From NCBI GenBank assembly GCA_002245135.1, contig NGBS01000292.1:434001-498000 (forward strand): 64,000 nucleotides of DNA, read 5' to 3'. Numbering within the stretch: position 1 is the stretch's first letter; every line of letters starts with the position of its first letter. Below are positions 39,286 to 55,700 of the stretch, in pieces. Origin of the DNA: Proteromonas lacertae (lineage: Eukaryota). The notes under the pieces were generated by a model that ran no database searches, was not told the origin of the DNA, and saw nothing but the letters and a program-made list of their open reading frames with translations. The translations under genes were made by a program, and so were the position numbers.

Positions 39286-40568
39286 CTACATCCTATGACA
39301 TGACCGACGTAGATTTTCAATGAAAACACCGTCAAATAAATCTTCTTCATTCATCCTCTCTAGAATCTCATCGAAAGATGGTCTCTGATGTGGATTTTGA
39401 TTCCAACACTCTTTAATTAACTTTTCTAGTTTCTTAGGACAATCAGGCTCAATTTTTGGTCTCTCACCTTGGCTATATCTTAAAGATATTTGAAATGGAT
39501 TCATATTAGCATAAGGTATTCTCTGGTGAAACATTTCCCACAGAATCATACCAAATGAAAATATATCGATTGACTGGTCATAATAGTTCGTTGTATTGAC
39601 CATCAATTCAGGAGCCATATAAGAAGGAGTACCAATCATACCAGTCATCAAGGTATCACTCAATTTCTTACTAATTCCAAAATCACAGATTTTTATATCT
39701 TTATAGTCATCTAATAGTATATTTCCTGGTTTAAGATCTCTGTGAATGATTTTCATCGAGTGTAAAAATGAACATCCCTACAATATAATAAATAAATCAA
39801 TATATATACAGTAACCATTTGAACAACAAATTTCTTATACAAATCAGAATCATATTTCTCTTTAGAATTGTATAGAAAATCAGATAATGATGATCTACAC
39901 TCTTCTGTAATGAAATATAAAGAATTATAATATCTACAAACACCATAAAATCGAATAATATTTGGATGATTCACTCTTGACAAAATTGTCACTTCACTTC
40001 TTATATCATCAATTATATTGCTTTTATTCAAAGTCAAATATAATTCTTTAATTGCTACATTTACATTACCCATATATTTACCACTATAAACTCTTGCAGT
40101 TGATCCAATTGCTATTAAATTACCAATTTCAATGGTTTCTGGAGGAATAATCCATTGATCTGATTGGACAGGATTAATTATATCATCCAATAGATTTACA
40201 TCAACTAGTGTTGTATTATTTTGATTTGAATTTTCATTTTTATCACTTTTAGAGTCATTAGTATCATTATTAGAATGTCCAATAGAGAATATTTCCTTTG
40301 TTAATTCCTCTTGCTCTTTCTGTTTACGTCTTAATGACATTTTTCGAATATAATTATAAACAAGAAATAAAATAAATAAAACTACAATGGCAGTTACTGA
40401 TAAATAGTGTAATGGAATTGTACAATTCTTTCCAGAGTAAAATATTGTACATTTACATTTTCCAGTTCCACCAAATGTTCCACTACCATCACATTCTCCA
40501 TGGTTATTACAAAACATACATTTTTCACAAGATGGACCAAAATATCCAACTAAACAATAGAAATAATA

Positions 40569-40603
<35 letters not shown>

Positions 40604-42131
40604 TACAAGATTCACATCCATCTCCTCTATATTCATCATAACAAATACAAATACCATTTCCATAGACAGTTCCACTTCCATTGCAAATACCATTTCCATT
40701 ACAAGGCTTCATTACATTATCTTTCACAATAATATTCCTACATTCTTTACATTCAGGACCATAATATAAATTATCACAAATATTACAACTATTGGAATTG
40801 TTATAAGGAATCCATCCAGTGTTACATTCACATCTATTAATAATAATAAAGAATATATAATAAAATAAATTCATACTCTCCTTTATCAGTACATTTTCCA
40901 TGACCATCACAACTAATATTATCATCCTCTATCAGACCAGGACACTTTAAACATTCATCGCTATATCTACCAGGCAAACACTCTTTACACTCAGTATCAG
41001 GATCAAATCCATCTTCACAGATACATCTACCATCATTATTAGCATCACATTCACCATTACCATAACAGCTAACCCAAGTACGATTCTTCAATATAATACC
41101 ATCACATGGTTGACAGGAATCATCTTTGAAACTATAAAAATAAGCGGGTGAACAATCTCTACAGTTTGAATCAGGATCATAACCATGATCACATACTAAA
41201 CATGCACCTTTTCCTGAAGTATCTTCTTCACAATTTCCATGATTAAAACAAGGCATATAAGTTGTTTCATTTACCTTTATCATACCTGGACACTCTACAC
41301 ATTCTGTACCAAAGTGAAAATTGATACAATGATCACATACTACACCTTTAAAATTACCATTACAAATACATCTACCATCGCCTTCCCTAGTTCCACTTCC
41401 ACTACAATATCCGTGATTTGTACAAACTGTTCGTGGAGATAAAGTCAATCCTGGACATTCCATACAGTCATTACCCCAATATCCTACATCACAATTGTTA
41501 CATTTGTCATTTCTCCAACCATCATTACATTTACATTCTGCATTAATTATTATATTGTTTTCTTCGATTGATGAACATATTCCATGACCACTGCATTCTG
41601 TTAAGGGATCTTCACTATCACATTTCTTACAGTATGTAGAATTAGTATCATTTATACAAAATGAGTATGGAGTAACCTCTCTACAAGTAGATTCATCAAT
41701 ACACTCATTTATCATCAACTATTATTAATGAATATAATATATATGAGATATACTGATAATTCTTTTCCTTCTTTGTATAAATTATATAGAAAACTACAAC
41801 TATAGGTTGTATTAGGAACAGATTGAGCATCACCCTTGAAAAAATAGTTACTTTGAACTATTAACTCATCTTTACTGCTAGGCGTTGATTCTGTACAGTC
41901 TATCGCAACGGATGAAGAAGATTGTAAAGGAAGAGAAAAATAAGTATAATCTCTATTTCATATATTTATAAACGCCATACTCTTCAGTTTCGTTATATTC
42001 TTGAAGATACAAATCTATTTTTAAAGGATTCTTTATAATTAGATTGAACTCAATGCCTATATGTGTATATTTCTACTTAATTTCATACATTTCACCAATA
42101 AAAATATATCTAGCAAAACTAATAAATTCAT
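39286..42131 (-). CDS. Receptor-like TKL kinase with laminin/EGF-like Cys repeats
   Basis: Repeated CSGHGxC...CxCxxGWxGxxCxxC units, one TM helix, then [13 protein letters not shown] P-loop, [29 protein letters not shown] and RPSF. Start is approximate. Confidence 0.9.
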
Positions 42132-42190
42132 ATCTAACAAAATGTATTAAATGTGTATTGAAGTGTATTATTCTTGTATTTTTGTTTATA

Positions 42191-43639
42191 ATGATTTTCA
42201 ACCGCATTAAAGCCTATAGAACAATAGAATATGATTTTTATAAAATATTAAAACGATCATTTTCTGGTGGAGTGAAAGTTACATCGATAGAAGCAATCCC
42301 ATTCAGAATATCTGAAAGACAATCAGAAGCAACATTTTGAAAAATGGTTTAGAGAAAATACAGCAATGACATTTATGAGAAATTCAAAATATGCTGTATA
42401 TACTATATTCGTGATTTTTAGGCTTATTATCTTCCTTTTTATTACTTTGATTATTCTGTAACTACTGTGATGAACAATCAAAAGCAAACTACACATTATG
42501 CATACAACATAGGTGATTCTAAAGAAGAAAATGAGATTAAAATAGCTTTGACTGAGTTATATGGTGGTTTAACATTTCCAAGGCAGTACGTATAGATATT
42601 ATGATGAATATATAATATATTATAGCTCCAATTTGTAAAAACTGGTTTAACTTTAGTTAGATCAATTCCTGTAAGTGAAATACCAGATGATGTAGTAATT
42701 GATAAATGGAAAATATATGAAAATACTGCATGGAATATCATCAAAGTCAACTAACTAAATTTGTACATATAACTCATTGTTATTCTAATGATATAGGAAG
42801 AGATAAGATTTAGACAATATTGCTATGAAAAACGAATTCCATTCATCTCAGTTCATTGTGAATTGTAAAAAGAAATGTCAAAAAAATATATTTACCTGTT
42901 TATGTCTATTCATTCAAACATTATTTGAATAAATTTAATGTTTTTATAAATGGTGTAACAGGTGAATGTTATGGATTACCTCATTACGGTTTAACTTCAT
43001 TATTACAGATGGTTTACGATAAAGGAGGTGTATATTTATATAAATATAAATATATTGTTATTATATATTTAGAATATTTTTAACACTTTAGCGACTTTTC
43101 TAATGTACGATTTTCGATTGTTGGGAGAAATAATAGAAGTAATTTTAAGAAGTTCAAAAAGATTAATTATTTTCTTACTTCCATTTGCAGCTATTATTTC
43201 TTTCATTATGCCATTTTATACAATTGCTCTAAAGAAGAAATTAGAGTTCCAATGGAAAGAAGAAAGATATAATGAAGCAAATGGCAATTTTAGAAATTCA
43301 ACTTGTGATACAAAAATATGGGAATTATTTGAAAGATATAAACAGACTATAAGTGGCAGTGGCGGAGCAAATACACAAGAAGAAAGAGAGAAACAATACC
43401 AAAAGACTAAAGAATATTATCGATACACAGGTTGTTCTCCTTTAGCGAATGATTATGAATTATTGAAAGTATCAAAAACTGCATCAAATGATGAGATTAG
43501 AAAAGCATTTACTAATGAAATAAAGAAATGGCATCCCGATGTATGTAGGAAGAATGGAATTCCAATTGAAGTTGGTAAAGAACATACTCAGAAAGTAGTA
43601 CAAGCTTATAAGAACATTAGAGCTCAAAGAGGGTTTTAA
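42191..43639 (+). CDS. Protein with C-terminal DnaJ domain and presequence-like N-terminus
   Basis: YELLKVSKTASNDEIRKAF..WHPD..AYKNI J-domain. Several introns. Apparent extra T near 42337 (ATF|EKWFREN). Confidence 0.7.
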
Positions 43640-43786
43640 ATTCTCCTGTTTTTTAATACATTCTATAGAATTTAGACTTAATTTCATAAAATTGTGTGTG
43701 ATTGGAATATATATACCATACACAATAGTTATTAATCAATATATTCAATATAAAAATAGCAATATAAGTCTTTTTGGAAGAAAGTT

Positions 43787-46700
43787 TTAAGGCCACTTAC
43801 TTAAATCCAACAATTCTATCCATTTCATAGAATTTTCTCCTTCTTTGCTATACCAATCAGCAAATTCAATGAAATCAACTTTATCATTATTAATATCTCT
43901 TTTATAATACTCAAATAATCTTTTAATCACACTTTCACATTCTTTTTCACTTGTTTCATCTTTCTTTTCTTCATTTTCATCATTCATTTCAAATATTCTT
44001 CGTAAAATGCAGAATAATAATATCTTATAGTCTTTTGCAGATATACCTTTATCCCCTTCATCTCCTTCATTATAATTCATTTGTAATATATTATAAATCA
44101 TACTCAATTTATCACTCTTATTACCTTTTAAATATAACAATAAACTACATAAAATGTATTTCAAATTATCATCTATTTTCTCATTCTCTTTGTTTAATAT
44201 ATAACTCACATTATTATACATATCTTTCAACTCATTCTTTATTTTCACTTTCTCATCGTTTGTATAAACATTATTATTTGGTAAGAATGATAAAATTGAA
44301 TTCTCAAAATCTTCTTCTTTTTCATTTTCATCCTTCAATTCTTTATTCATCGTTTCATTAAGGTTATTCTTAATATCAATAACACTCATTGTGTTAAGTT
44401 GTGTTAATTCTAATATCTCTTTCATCTTCATGCTTGAGGATTGACTTATTGTTATTTTCTTTTCATCTTCTAATAAATTGAATGTATAGACTCTTTCTTC
44501 TTCTTCTTCTTCCACATTTTCATTATTCTCAATATCCTCAACCACAATTGGTTGTTCTTCTTCAATAATTCTTGGCCATTTGCTTAAATCTAATAGTTCA
44601 ATCCATGGTACAGCAGTATAACCTCCATTACTATACCATTCAGCAAATATATCAAATGATATTGTTTGATTATCACTCAAATCTAAATCACTGTATATCA
44701 TATCAACTACATCTTTCATTATTTCATTATTATAATTATTATCATCATCACCATCATCAATATCTCTATATTCACAATTATTATTTATATATTTGCATAT
44801 ACAAATGCTATAGTATATATCTGTTAATAATTTGGTTATATCTTCTTTTTTCAACATTGTATCTTGTTCTGAAGGATTGTTATTAAATATATTCACAATA
44901 TGGAACAATTTATCTGATTTTTTATCATTACAATAACATGCTAATAATCCAATAATCGTTTTTATATTATGATTTGGAAGTAACGCATATATTTTATTAA
45001 ATATCTCAATTATCTTTTTATCATCTTTTACTACTAACTTAGTGATAATATCATCAAAACTTTCTTTTGGTATTTCAATGTTATCTTCATATTCAATTAT
45101 TTCGTGGATTTTATTAATCATTTCTTCACTTGATATTTCATTCAATTTAATATTATCTACTAAATATTTATGATGTATTATGTCAATAGGTAAAAATGTC
45201 AAAATATTATTACCATTTGCAAAGGTAAATATATTGTTGATTGCAGTATTAGTATTGTCATTATAATTGTCTATATTGCCATTGCTATTAGGCCATTTCT
45301 TTATATCCAATAATTCAATCCAAGGTGCAACATAATAACCACTTTCAGAGTACCATTTAGCAAATGCATCAAAAGCAATTCTGCTGTTGTTATTCATAAA
45401 TTCGCTTACAGATTTCATCACTTTATTAACATTTTGATTCACTATATTCTTGATCTTTTCTATCTCATATATTTCATTATATTTGTTGTTTTTGTATTGA
45501 TGGATTCTATTGAAGAGTGATATACTGATTAAATAGTCATAGAATATTGATTTCAAATCAGATAATGTAACTATTCCATCTTTCTTCTCACCTGAATACA
45601 AATTGAATGAATATTCTAATTTTTCACTTTTACTACCAATTCCAAAGAAATTATAAACTATTAAAATATCGTTAATACAACGAATATTATCATTATTATA
45701 ATCACTATTACTGCATAATGGTAAGAATTCAAAGATAGTTGAAACTGTATTGAATATATTACTGATATTATGATTATTTATATGGCTTATCAATTGTTCT
45801 AATATTTCATTATATTTCTCTTTGGTTATAATACTATCATTTCCATTGATCATTTCTTTAGATAATAAATCAGATATTTCACTACAAGTTAAAGTAGCAA
45901 ATCCACTTTCTTTTAAGAATTCTAATAATCTTAGAGTATTGTCATTTGTAACAGATAAATAATTCTTATTACACAATTCTAAGTTAAATGAATTGATTTG
46001 ATAATTCCTTTTGTCATTATTACCATTTACATTTTCATATACATTATCATTTTCTTCTTCCTCTTCTTCATCATCTCCATCACTTTCACTATCATCAATT
46101 TCATTATCAATTTGATTAACATAATCATAATACCTATTAGATTTCAACTGTAGTTGTGATGGTTCAATTGGCCATTTACTTAAATCTAATAATTCTAACC
46201 ATGAGATATATTGACTTCCTTTGGCATTATAATAATTAGCAAAATCAATAAAGCTAATATACTCTTCAATAGTATATATACTCTGTTTATTATTATATGA
46301 ATAATACTCAATCATATTATCATATACAAAGTCTATATGTTTATCTATAATATTCAATTCATTTGAATTTTTAGTAATATCACATATATAGAAGAGTGAT
46401 AATAAGAATGATCTTAAATACCTTCTAAAGTTGTCTCTAGTGATGTAACTACTAGCTTCTGATTGTGATGATGATGTTGATAATGGTGAAGGAATCTTAT
46501 CATTATCTATAAAGTATAACCAACATTCACATAACTTTGTAGTTTTATTGTTTTCCATAAAGATACTTAAACTAGTCAAAAACTCAGCATAACTCATTGA
46601 ATCTTCTTCTAATATGGAATATATGTAGTTGAAGTATGATTTGAAGGATTTTAAACCATTTCTATCACTTCTAAACAGTTTATTTGATACTTTGGAGAGT

Positions 46701-49459
46701 ATAATGTTAGAATTAACTTCTTCATTTAGATTAGTAGGTAAAAACTGTTTTACTTCTTTAAAGAAACTGTTGATAGTGCATTTATTGAATTTGAATGAAG
46801 CATTTATGTCATTTAGTTTTTTGTTACTATTAACATCAATAATCAGTAATCTTTTGTTAGGAAATAATTCAAATTCATATATTATATTCTTACCTTCATC
46901 ATCATTATCTTGTTGTTGTTGTTGTGATACACTATAAATACTTCCTTGATATTGACTGGATATTTGACTACTTTTTACATTTCTATTGGGCCATTTATTG
47001 GGACTTATTAATTCAATCCAACTCATTATTTCATATCCATAATCATTATACCATGTGGCAAACTTTTCTAATGAAATATATTCACTATTATTATTATTAT
47101 TAATGAAATGAGTGTTAATAATATCGTTGATTAAATCATGTATTTGGAATAGTGTAATTTCCTTATCTGGTGTTAAGTTGATTATTGTTAATAATAAACT
47201 CGATAAAAATGAGTATATCTGAACCATATTTAACTCATAATTACGTGTTTGATCAAAGTATAAAAACATCAAATTCAATTTATCACTCTTTGTACCATCT
47301 AAAAAGAATAAAAACATGGTTATTATCTCAATAATATTGTTATCCAAATTTTTATAGAACATTTTATAGATTTGATTGAAATAGAACTTTAAATTTGCAT
47401 TATTTTCTTCTTCTTCTTCTTCTTCTTCTTCTTCTGCTTCACTTTCCTCATCTTCTTTTCCTATGAATAATTCCAATATTTCTATATAAGTTTCATAATC
47501 CACATACACCTCATTATTATTCAATTTCAATATTTCTAACAACAAATCTTCACTCGATGTACCATTTGTATTTTCATAGATTGAATCTCTAATATGATAA
47601 TATAAATCAATCACCTCTTCAGAGAATAAGATATTGTAATTTTGACCTATTGCTACAAGTATTGGATTTAATTTTACTGCTTTATTTTTCTTTCTATTAC
47701 TGCTTTTCTCTATTGCTATTGATTCATTATTGTCATTATTATTTTCTCCATTACTTTCTGGTTTGCAGATTTTCCACTTCTTTATATCCAATAATTCAAT
47801 CCAAGGAGTAAGTAAATAACCACTTTCATTATACCAATTAGCGAAATCTTCAAAGACTATTATATTTTCATTATATATATTATTATTATAATTATAATCA
47901 TTGAATAATTGATAAGATACTTCAATACAAGTGTTGTATATTATATTCGATATTTCATGACGATTTGATCGCTTATTTATACACATTAATAGTGTTAAAT
48001 ATGACCTTAAACAGTATATCATATCAGTAATAGTAAAATATGGGATACTTTCACTATTTTCATGATTATTACTGCTTTCAATATTTTTGGAACTGATTAA
48101 ATTGAAGTTATAAAATAATTTTTCACTCTTTGAACCATTTATTAATATACTTAAACATAAATATAATTGTTTTATATTGATTGAATTAGTAGATGTTAAA
48201 TCAAAAGCATTATATAAATCAATAAAGAATTCGTGATATTTTGGAGGAATTATATCTTTTAAAAATTCATAATACTTTGATCTGAGTATAAAATGTTCAT
48301 TATTTTGATAAGTATATTTCAATAATAATTCATATAAATCATTACAACTGAAATAATATAATTTACATTCTTCCACTAACTCAATTACGAAATCAATGTT
48401 ATTATTCGTTATACATAAATGATTGTTATTTCCACTAAGTGGAAAATCAAAGATTAGTTCATCTGGTTCGGAACTTTCTGAATTTACACTAACATTGTTA
48501 TTTTCTCCACTATTCCTACTTTCTTCACTTTCCCCTTCTTCTTCTTCACCATCATCGTCATCTTCATCATTATCATAGTTATTGTTATTACTATAATAAT
48601 ATTGATAATTTCTAGAACTTTCTGGAGAATTATTACTAATTTCTGATACATTTGGTGTAATCTCATTGGATATTTGCTTATTAGGACGATCTATATCATG
48701 CAAATCAATATATCTCATCCATGGAGTCATTGAACTTCCATAAATCTTAAACCATTTCTCAAACATCCTCAAGCTAATGTAAGGTTTTTTCATTTTTTTC
48801 AAATTTCCTTTGTAAATGCTGCTATTGTTTTTATTAAATAACAATATATGATTCATAGCTGTTGAACAATTATCATTACTTATTTCTTTTATTCTTTCTA
48901 AAGATAATTGATAATTCTCAGCATGACCAAGGAATAAACATAAATAGAAATTCAATAAGTATTCTAACTTTGAACTACTGATTATATAATCATCTACTGA
49001 TTTTAACCGACCTCCTAAACAGTGAAATAAACTCTCAAATTTATCTGAAATATCACCTTTACATAATGTCATTATAAATAGAAATAACTATCAATATATA
49101 ATACATTTTATACATCATTTATTTGAACCACATCTTCACTTCCTTCTAAATCTAACAAAAACTGGAATAATTCATGGTAACTCTTCTCATTTAACAGAGT
49201 TTTATTACTATTTTGAGGTATCAAAGAACTAATTATCATTACACATTCTTTATAACTCACACATTGTTCTCGTTGGTATTCGCTCATCACTTCGACTAAT
49301 CTCTCTTCATTCACTACAAACACTATTTATATATACATAAAATATACGATTCAGTAATTTTGATAAATTACGATAATAATTTATACAATCTTCTTTAACT
49401 TCTATTACAACACCACTTTTCTTCTCTATCACCTCGAAACAGCAACTACCATCACCCAT
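43787..49459 (-). CDS. Giant protein with seven tandem EF-hand (recoverin/calcineurin-B-like) modules
   Basis: Repeated GxKSxKL...F...ISFxxFAxWY...G...PWIELLDxxKWP units. Two short upstream exons start at MGDGSCCFEV. Confidence 0.8.
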
Positions 49460-49704
49460 TCTATCCCAATTGTGAAAATTCATTTATTATTAACAGATTT
49501 CTATTGATATCTATATGATACAATCCAATAAATTTGAAAATAAAATGATAATAATCCCTTTTCTCAAGCTCAGCTTGGATCAATTTTCAAATTTTTGATG
49601 TATTAGAGTGGAATATTTTAAGAAATATTACGACTTTTCATTATGTTATATAAATAGAAGGTGTATACATAAACTGTTAAAATGAAATAATAATATTGTT
49701 TTAA

Positions 49705-52700
49705 TTAGTTATTCAACATAGATCCCAATCCATAATTAATCACTATTCTCAAATTTCTTTGCAACAAATCATAATTTGAATAATCTGGTAAATTAATTAG
49801 AAAAGAACACGTACTTGCTGATGGTAGTCTATTTGTTAAGTCATATTTACATATTTTAAATTTGCTATTCCAATTTTCTCCTTTCAAAGGCAATCTACTT
49901 CTTCCCCAAACAAATTTGATAAATTTTCTTCTTTCTTCATGACTAAAACTCTCCATTACTTTCCAAAAATCAAGTACTGTTTGACTATTACTATCATATC
50001 CACTGTAAATAGTATTTTCTTTCAAATATTCAATATCTAATTCTGTTTTTCCACACACAAATTCTTCTATATCATCTCCATTAAATAAGAACAAATATGA
50101 TTGTGGAATAACACTATACAATCCTTTTAATATTGATTTTATTTGAATATCACATCGATGAATAAAATAATTGGATATTAGTCCACAATGTTTTTCTTTA
50201 TTCTCCATATTCAATTCTTCTTCAATTCCTTCATTTAGATTGATTATCTCACCATTTTCATCACTTATCACAAATGCTTGTTGTTTTGGTAATTCTTCTT
50301 CATTTTTGGCATTTCTTATCTCTTCTAAATTATTATATAAATATTGATCTAAATCATAAATATCTTCATATCTTAATTCATTTCCATTAACAACATTCCA
50401 AAAACATTTGGGAAACATAAATGGTAAATGTGATTCTGATAATATTGAATATCCCATTATTCTACCAACAAATTCATACATTTTCATATGTTCTATCTCT
50501 TTACAATTTGGATTAGGAATAAAACAATCAGTATCAATACCATATTTATGTTTATTATTACTTGTTGGAATAAACAAATCAAAATGTTCATTGAATAAAT
50601 CTTCAATCATTTCTTCTAAACATTCTCTATATGGTCCACCTGCATCTGAAGCACCTTCATTTGCAAAACGAACTGTAAATACTCTATATCCATCAGATGT
50701 TGCAAACCATATTCTTTCTCCATATCCATATAATTGGTTATATAATTGCTTAAAAACACAATTTGATTGTAATGAGTTTGTTATTCCTTGTTTTTTTTCA
50801 TTATTTGCTTTAAATCTATCAATATTAACAGATTTTTGACTATTTCCATATCTATTTCTTAATTCATTCTTTAATTGATACAAATATAATTGCTTATACT
50901 CTTTTGAAAGAAGAATCTTACTTTCTTTAATCAAATATGCAAAACTACCTTTAATATTTAATTGAGATAAATCAACATATTTAAATACTTCAACTATATT
51001 TTTTCCTATTACATCAATTGATTTATTCACTTTTTCAAATACATCCCATGTTGGAATATTATCCATTCCATTTTCTTTTATGTATTGATTATAAACATCA
51101 CTTCCTGGAATAGAATCTGTTTCATTTATTCTGTTTATAACATTCATTATATTTGTTACTTCTTCATAATTATAATTATATGTCTCTATTTCTTCTGCTA
51201 TTACTTTTTCACCATCATTTCTTAATACTCTCAAATATCTTATAGATTCTATTAATACATTTATCGGAATAACTGTAATAGATAACTTATACTTTGATGA
51301 TTTTGACTTTAATAATTTTGTTTCAATACTTATTCTGTTGGTATTATTTATCTCAACAACTAAATCATTATCACATTTACCAGTAAATTGCTTAGTATCC
51401 TCATTATATTTTATTATTATATTTTCTTTTCCAACATTTGTATCTTTGTGAATAATCACATTAAAGTTATTAAAACAATTACATTCATATTCATATTTCA
51501 AATTTTTGTTTTTATTAGCATATGAAGATGCTTCATATGCTTTTGTATAATCATTTATTAAATTTGAATGATTAAATAATGGAATATATTGATTGATAGA
51601 AATTTCATATGACAATGAATAAACTGATGATATTTTCTCTATTGATATTTCATCACTTTCTAATACATCAATATTTATTGCATTTGAATGATATTTTGAC
51701 AGACAATACAATTCTATCAATAATAAATCTGTATTGATTTGTTCATAATTGTTGTTAATATTATAAAATGATTGATTTGCTAAATCATCTATTTCTTTTG
51801 ATTGTGTTACTAAATCTTTAAATCTTTCATCTAGGAATAGTGAAATTAATATATTTATTATTTTTTCTTTATTATGAGATATAAAAAATTGTTTTATCAA
51901 AACATTGAATAATTGTTGTTTTGTTTCTTTGTTTAATGAATCTATTATATTTGATTGATGTAATATAATATTCAATAGCCATAATGACCATTCCAGATTT
52001 GGATTTGATATTATTTTCTTTTCTGGTAATAATTCATAATCTCCTAATCCAATAACATACATTCTATATCCCCATCTACTATTATAACTACGGTATAAAA
52101 ATCTGTAGAACAAAGTGTTGGAATTAACTACAAAAGATTTTAAACTATTATTTTCATCAAATCTTTTAAAAGAATTGTTACATTCATCATCAAAACAAAA
52201 ATTCAAACTTCCACTTCTTATATTACTCTTTTCATCAAATATTATCAACATTGATTTACAATTGGGAATGTTTATTTTTCCTTTATAGTTTGAAACATTA
52301 TAAAGTGGATGTAATGATTCTATCACTTTATAATTAGTAATTGATGATTCATTTGAAGATTGATTTAAATTCCACAATATTTCACATATTGAAAGTGAAA
52401 TAATGGATGATAAAGAATACTGAATATCTTCACATGGAGATATTTCATTTTCTAATTCAATTTTCTCATTAAAAGTGCCATACTGTAATTTAGTAACATA
52501 CATCTTTGTCATTATTTCAAATGAATTATTAACATTTCCATTTTCCATTACATATTGATAATATATTTGCATTTAAAGAATTCCCACTACTTAATCTTTT
52601 ATATAATTGAAGAAATAAATAAGGATCTTCAATTGAATATATTATTGGATTTATTATCATAAGTTTCATTATCATATCTCTATTTGTATTTATGATTAAT

Positions 52701-55700
52701 GTATTTGTTATTTGATTTATATAATTCAATAAATCATTTGTATTACATATCTTATAACCATATTTATCATCTATAAAATAAACTTGTTTTGTCAATAAAT
52801 CATCTTTAATACTGACTATTTTATATTCATTCTTGTATATAGTGAAAAAGTAATTCTCTTTATTCTGCTTATATAAAAATATTGCTATTTCTTTGATTGT
52901 ATGGTTCAAAGAGAGTTGGGTAATTAAATATACAATTTGACCAATTTTTAATGGAATTTTACTGTCACATCTTGATAAACTACAATATTTTGCTGTTTCA
53001 TTATTTAAAACATTTAAACTATTCACTTCATTTAATTGGCTATAATCAATTCGTTGTTTGATTAATATATCTTTTGGTAATTCATCTTTAAATATTTCTT
53101 TTGAATAATCTTTATATTTCTCTTTATTATCTAATAACCATTTTGTTGGATTATTAGAATTATCAAATAATTCCATAGCTTTTTTAGCTAATTCTATTGA
53201 ACAACCTATTTGTTCAGACAATATTAATTCATTTTGACAAAATGTAAATGATTTAACAAATAAATAATTCATGGAATAAAATATATCGGAATTGAATGCT
53301 AATATATGCGATAGTTGAAGTGTTGATAATGGCAATGGAATGTTTGATATTGACACTGAAATATTCAGTATTGATTTTATTATATTCTGTAATAAAACAG
53401 TTGGAATTAATTCATAGTGACTATTAACTTCATATTTCAAATAATTGAATAACAATAATGAAATTGTTTCTATTTGAACAGGAAGAGATTTATTCAGATT
53501 AATATCTATATCATATACTATTTTTATTAAATCACATAATAATGATGAATATGGAGTTTCATTTAATGGAATTGATGGAATATTCATTGATATAATTGAA
53601 TCATAATCAACTTCATATATCTCTTTTGATGATTCTATTTCAACTTTCAACTTTGAATAACATTCTTTCATTTCTATTACTCTACATTTTGATATATTTC
53701 CTTTCATATTCACTTCAACAATAGAATCTTTAGAGATTGTTGATTGAATTCCACCATGAATTGATAATATTCCTACACTTATATAAATATCATCATTCAT
53801 TCTAAAAGAATCAATAGATTTTAATGATTCAATCAGTTTCTCTACATATATATGAGATTCATTGAATAGTAATGTGAATAATGATTTATTATTTATCACA
53901 TTTCTTAAAAATTGGAGTAAATTTGTTTTTTTCCACATCAAGTTTCTTCCATTATAGTTATTATAAGAATTTACACAATTATCATGAGATGGGAATATCA
54001 TTCCTAATTTTGTATAAGGTAATTGACATACTTTACATATATTTGATCCAATTTCATTATCACATTCACATGCGATACATTTCCATGTTGAAGTAGATTT
54101 GATATTGTCATAATAATCATTTGTCTTAAATGTCATATTATCATCATATAATATTATTCGTCCTAATTCTAATAATAATATCATCATGAAATCTAAAATT
54201 CTTTTTATAAATGATGAATCAGTTGTTGATATTTCTAATACATTGCTTTTGATACATTTTAATATTAATATTTGATTTGGTATTGTTGCATTTTGATATA
54301 AATCTATCATCATCAACAAAACATTTTGGTTGTTAATCCATTCTTTTAATATTGTTGAATCACAAATTCTGTATAATTGTGATAATATAAGAGATAATTT
54401 TCTACTAATTATTGATTCATCTTCATTAAACAAATTCAAATCAATATTTATTCCTTTTTCTTTATCATTTGATTGAATAAGTGACATTAACATATCTCTT
54501 TCTTTATCATATGATAATTGGATTTGATTTTTGTAAAAATTACAAAAATAATTCAATTTTGTCTGTAGAAAAGTAAAAAATAAAGAAAATAATGATTGTG
54601 ATAATTGTTGAGAGTTTGCTTCTGATTCTGGTTTATTAGTTTCATTTTCTTTAACATAAAATCGACCAATATTATCCAATTTTCTTTTTAAATATGTAAA
54701 TAATGATGATAAATGTGGATTTGATGATTGTGTTGAAATATTTGTTGATGGAATAACGATTGGTTGATATGAAGGAATTTCTTCTTTTGAATTTTTCTTA
54801 AACAATTCTTCAAATTTATCTTCATATTTCTTTTCATATAATCTTTTCTTTATTCCACCTTCTTTTATAATAGATGATGTAATAAACAAAGCAATATTAT
54901 TACATAAATCATCTATTGAACAAGTTGCTAAAATATCACCATGAAAACTTCTGTGAAAAGATGTTGTTGTTATACCACTATCAATACCCAAACTATGTGA
55001 TTTATTAGCATCTTCAATTTCCATTTTATTGTTTTCTACATTCTCCTTATTCTTTTCTTTTAAAGCATGACTAACTAGATATCTAATATTCTCCTCACTT
55101 ATATATTTAACATATAAATGTAAATCTAAACCAGGTTCAATTCCATGTCTTTTCCAAAATGAATCACTTAAATTCATTGACAATAATTCTAATAATAATT
55201 CGGATTTATTGAAATATCCATTTGATATTGCATCATAAACAGATTGATGATAATCTTCTATACTTTTTTCTTCTATTCATTATAAACAATTAATATATTA
55301 TACTTTTAATCTCATTTATATCTTTAAGATGATAAATCTTGTTGAATCTAATGATATGATTGAATAAATCCATTATTTGTGATTCTTCTAATATCCAAGA
55401 ATCACATTCTGTATAATCCAAATATAACTCTTTTACATATAATAAATCATTATAATACTATGTGAAAATAGAATAATGAATGAAATATACTTGTTTATCA
55501 AAACAAATAATCATTGAATTCTTGAATGAAATTAAAAATCTGAGAAATTCATTTGATAATTCATAATATGATTTGGATTTACATCCATATATATCTTTTG
55601 AATAATGATGATAGCAGTTGATTTCCTCTTCTATTGATAATTCTTTATTTTCATATTTTCCACATAAATTACATAAAAATCCATTCAATATCAAAGAATT

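Noticed and set aside
40570..40600. (TA)n tract, and (TAT)n near 16955-17010
   Set aside because: Ordinary microsatellites, the first inside an intron.
8320..52572. Genome-wide programmed frameshifting (breaks near 8325, 21670, 32478, 42337, 52550)
   Set aside because: No shared slippery motif or direction, and most sit in short homopolymers. Long-read indel errors or pseudogenisation are simpler explanations.
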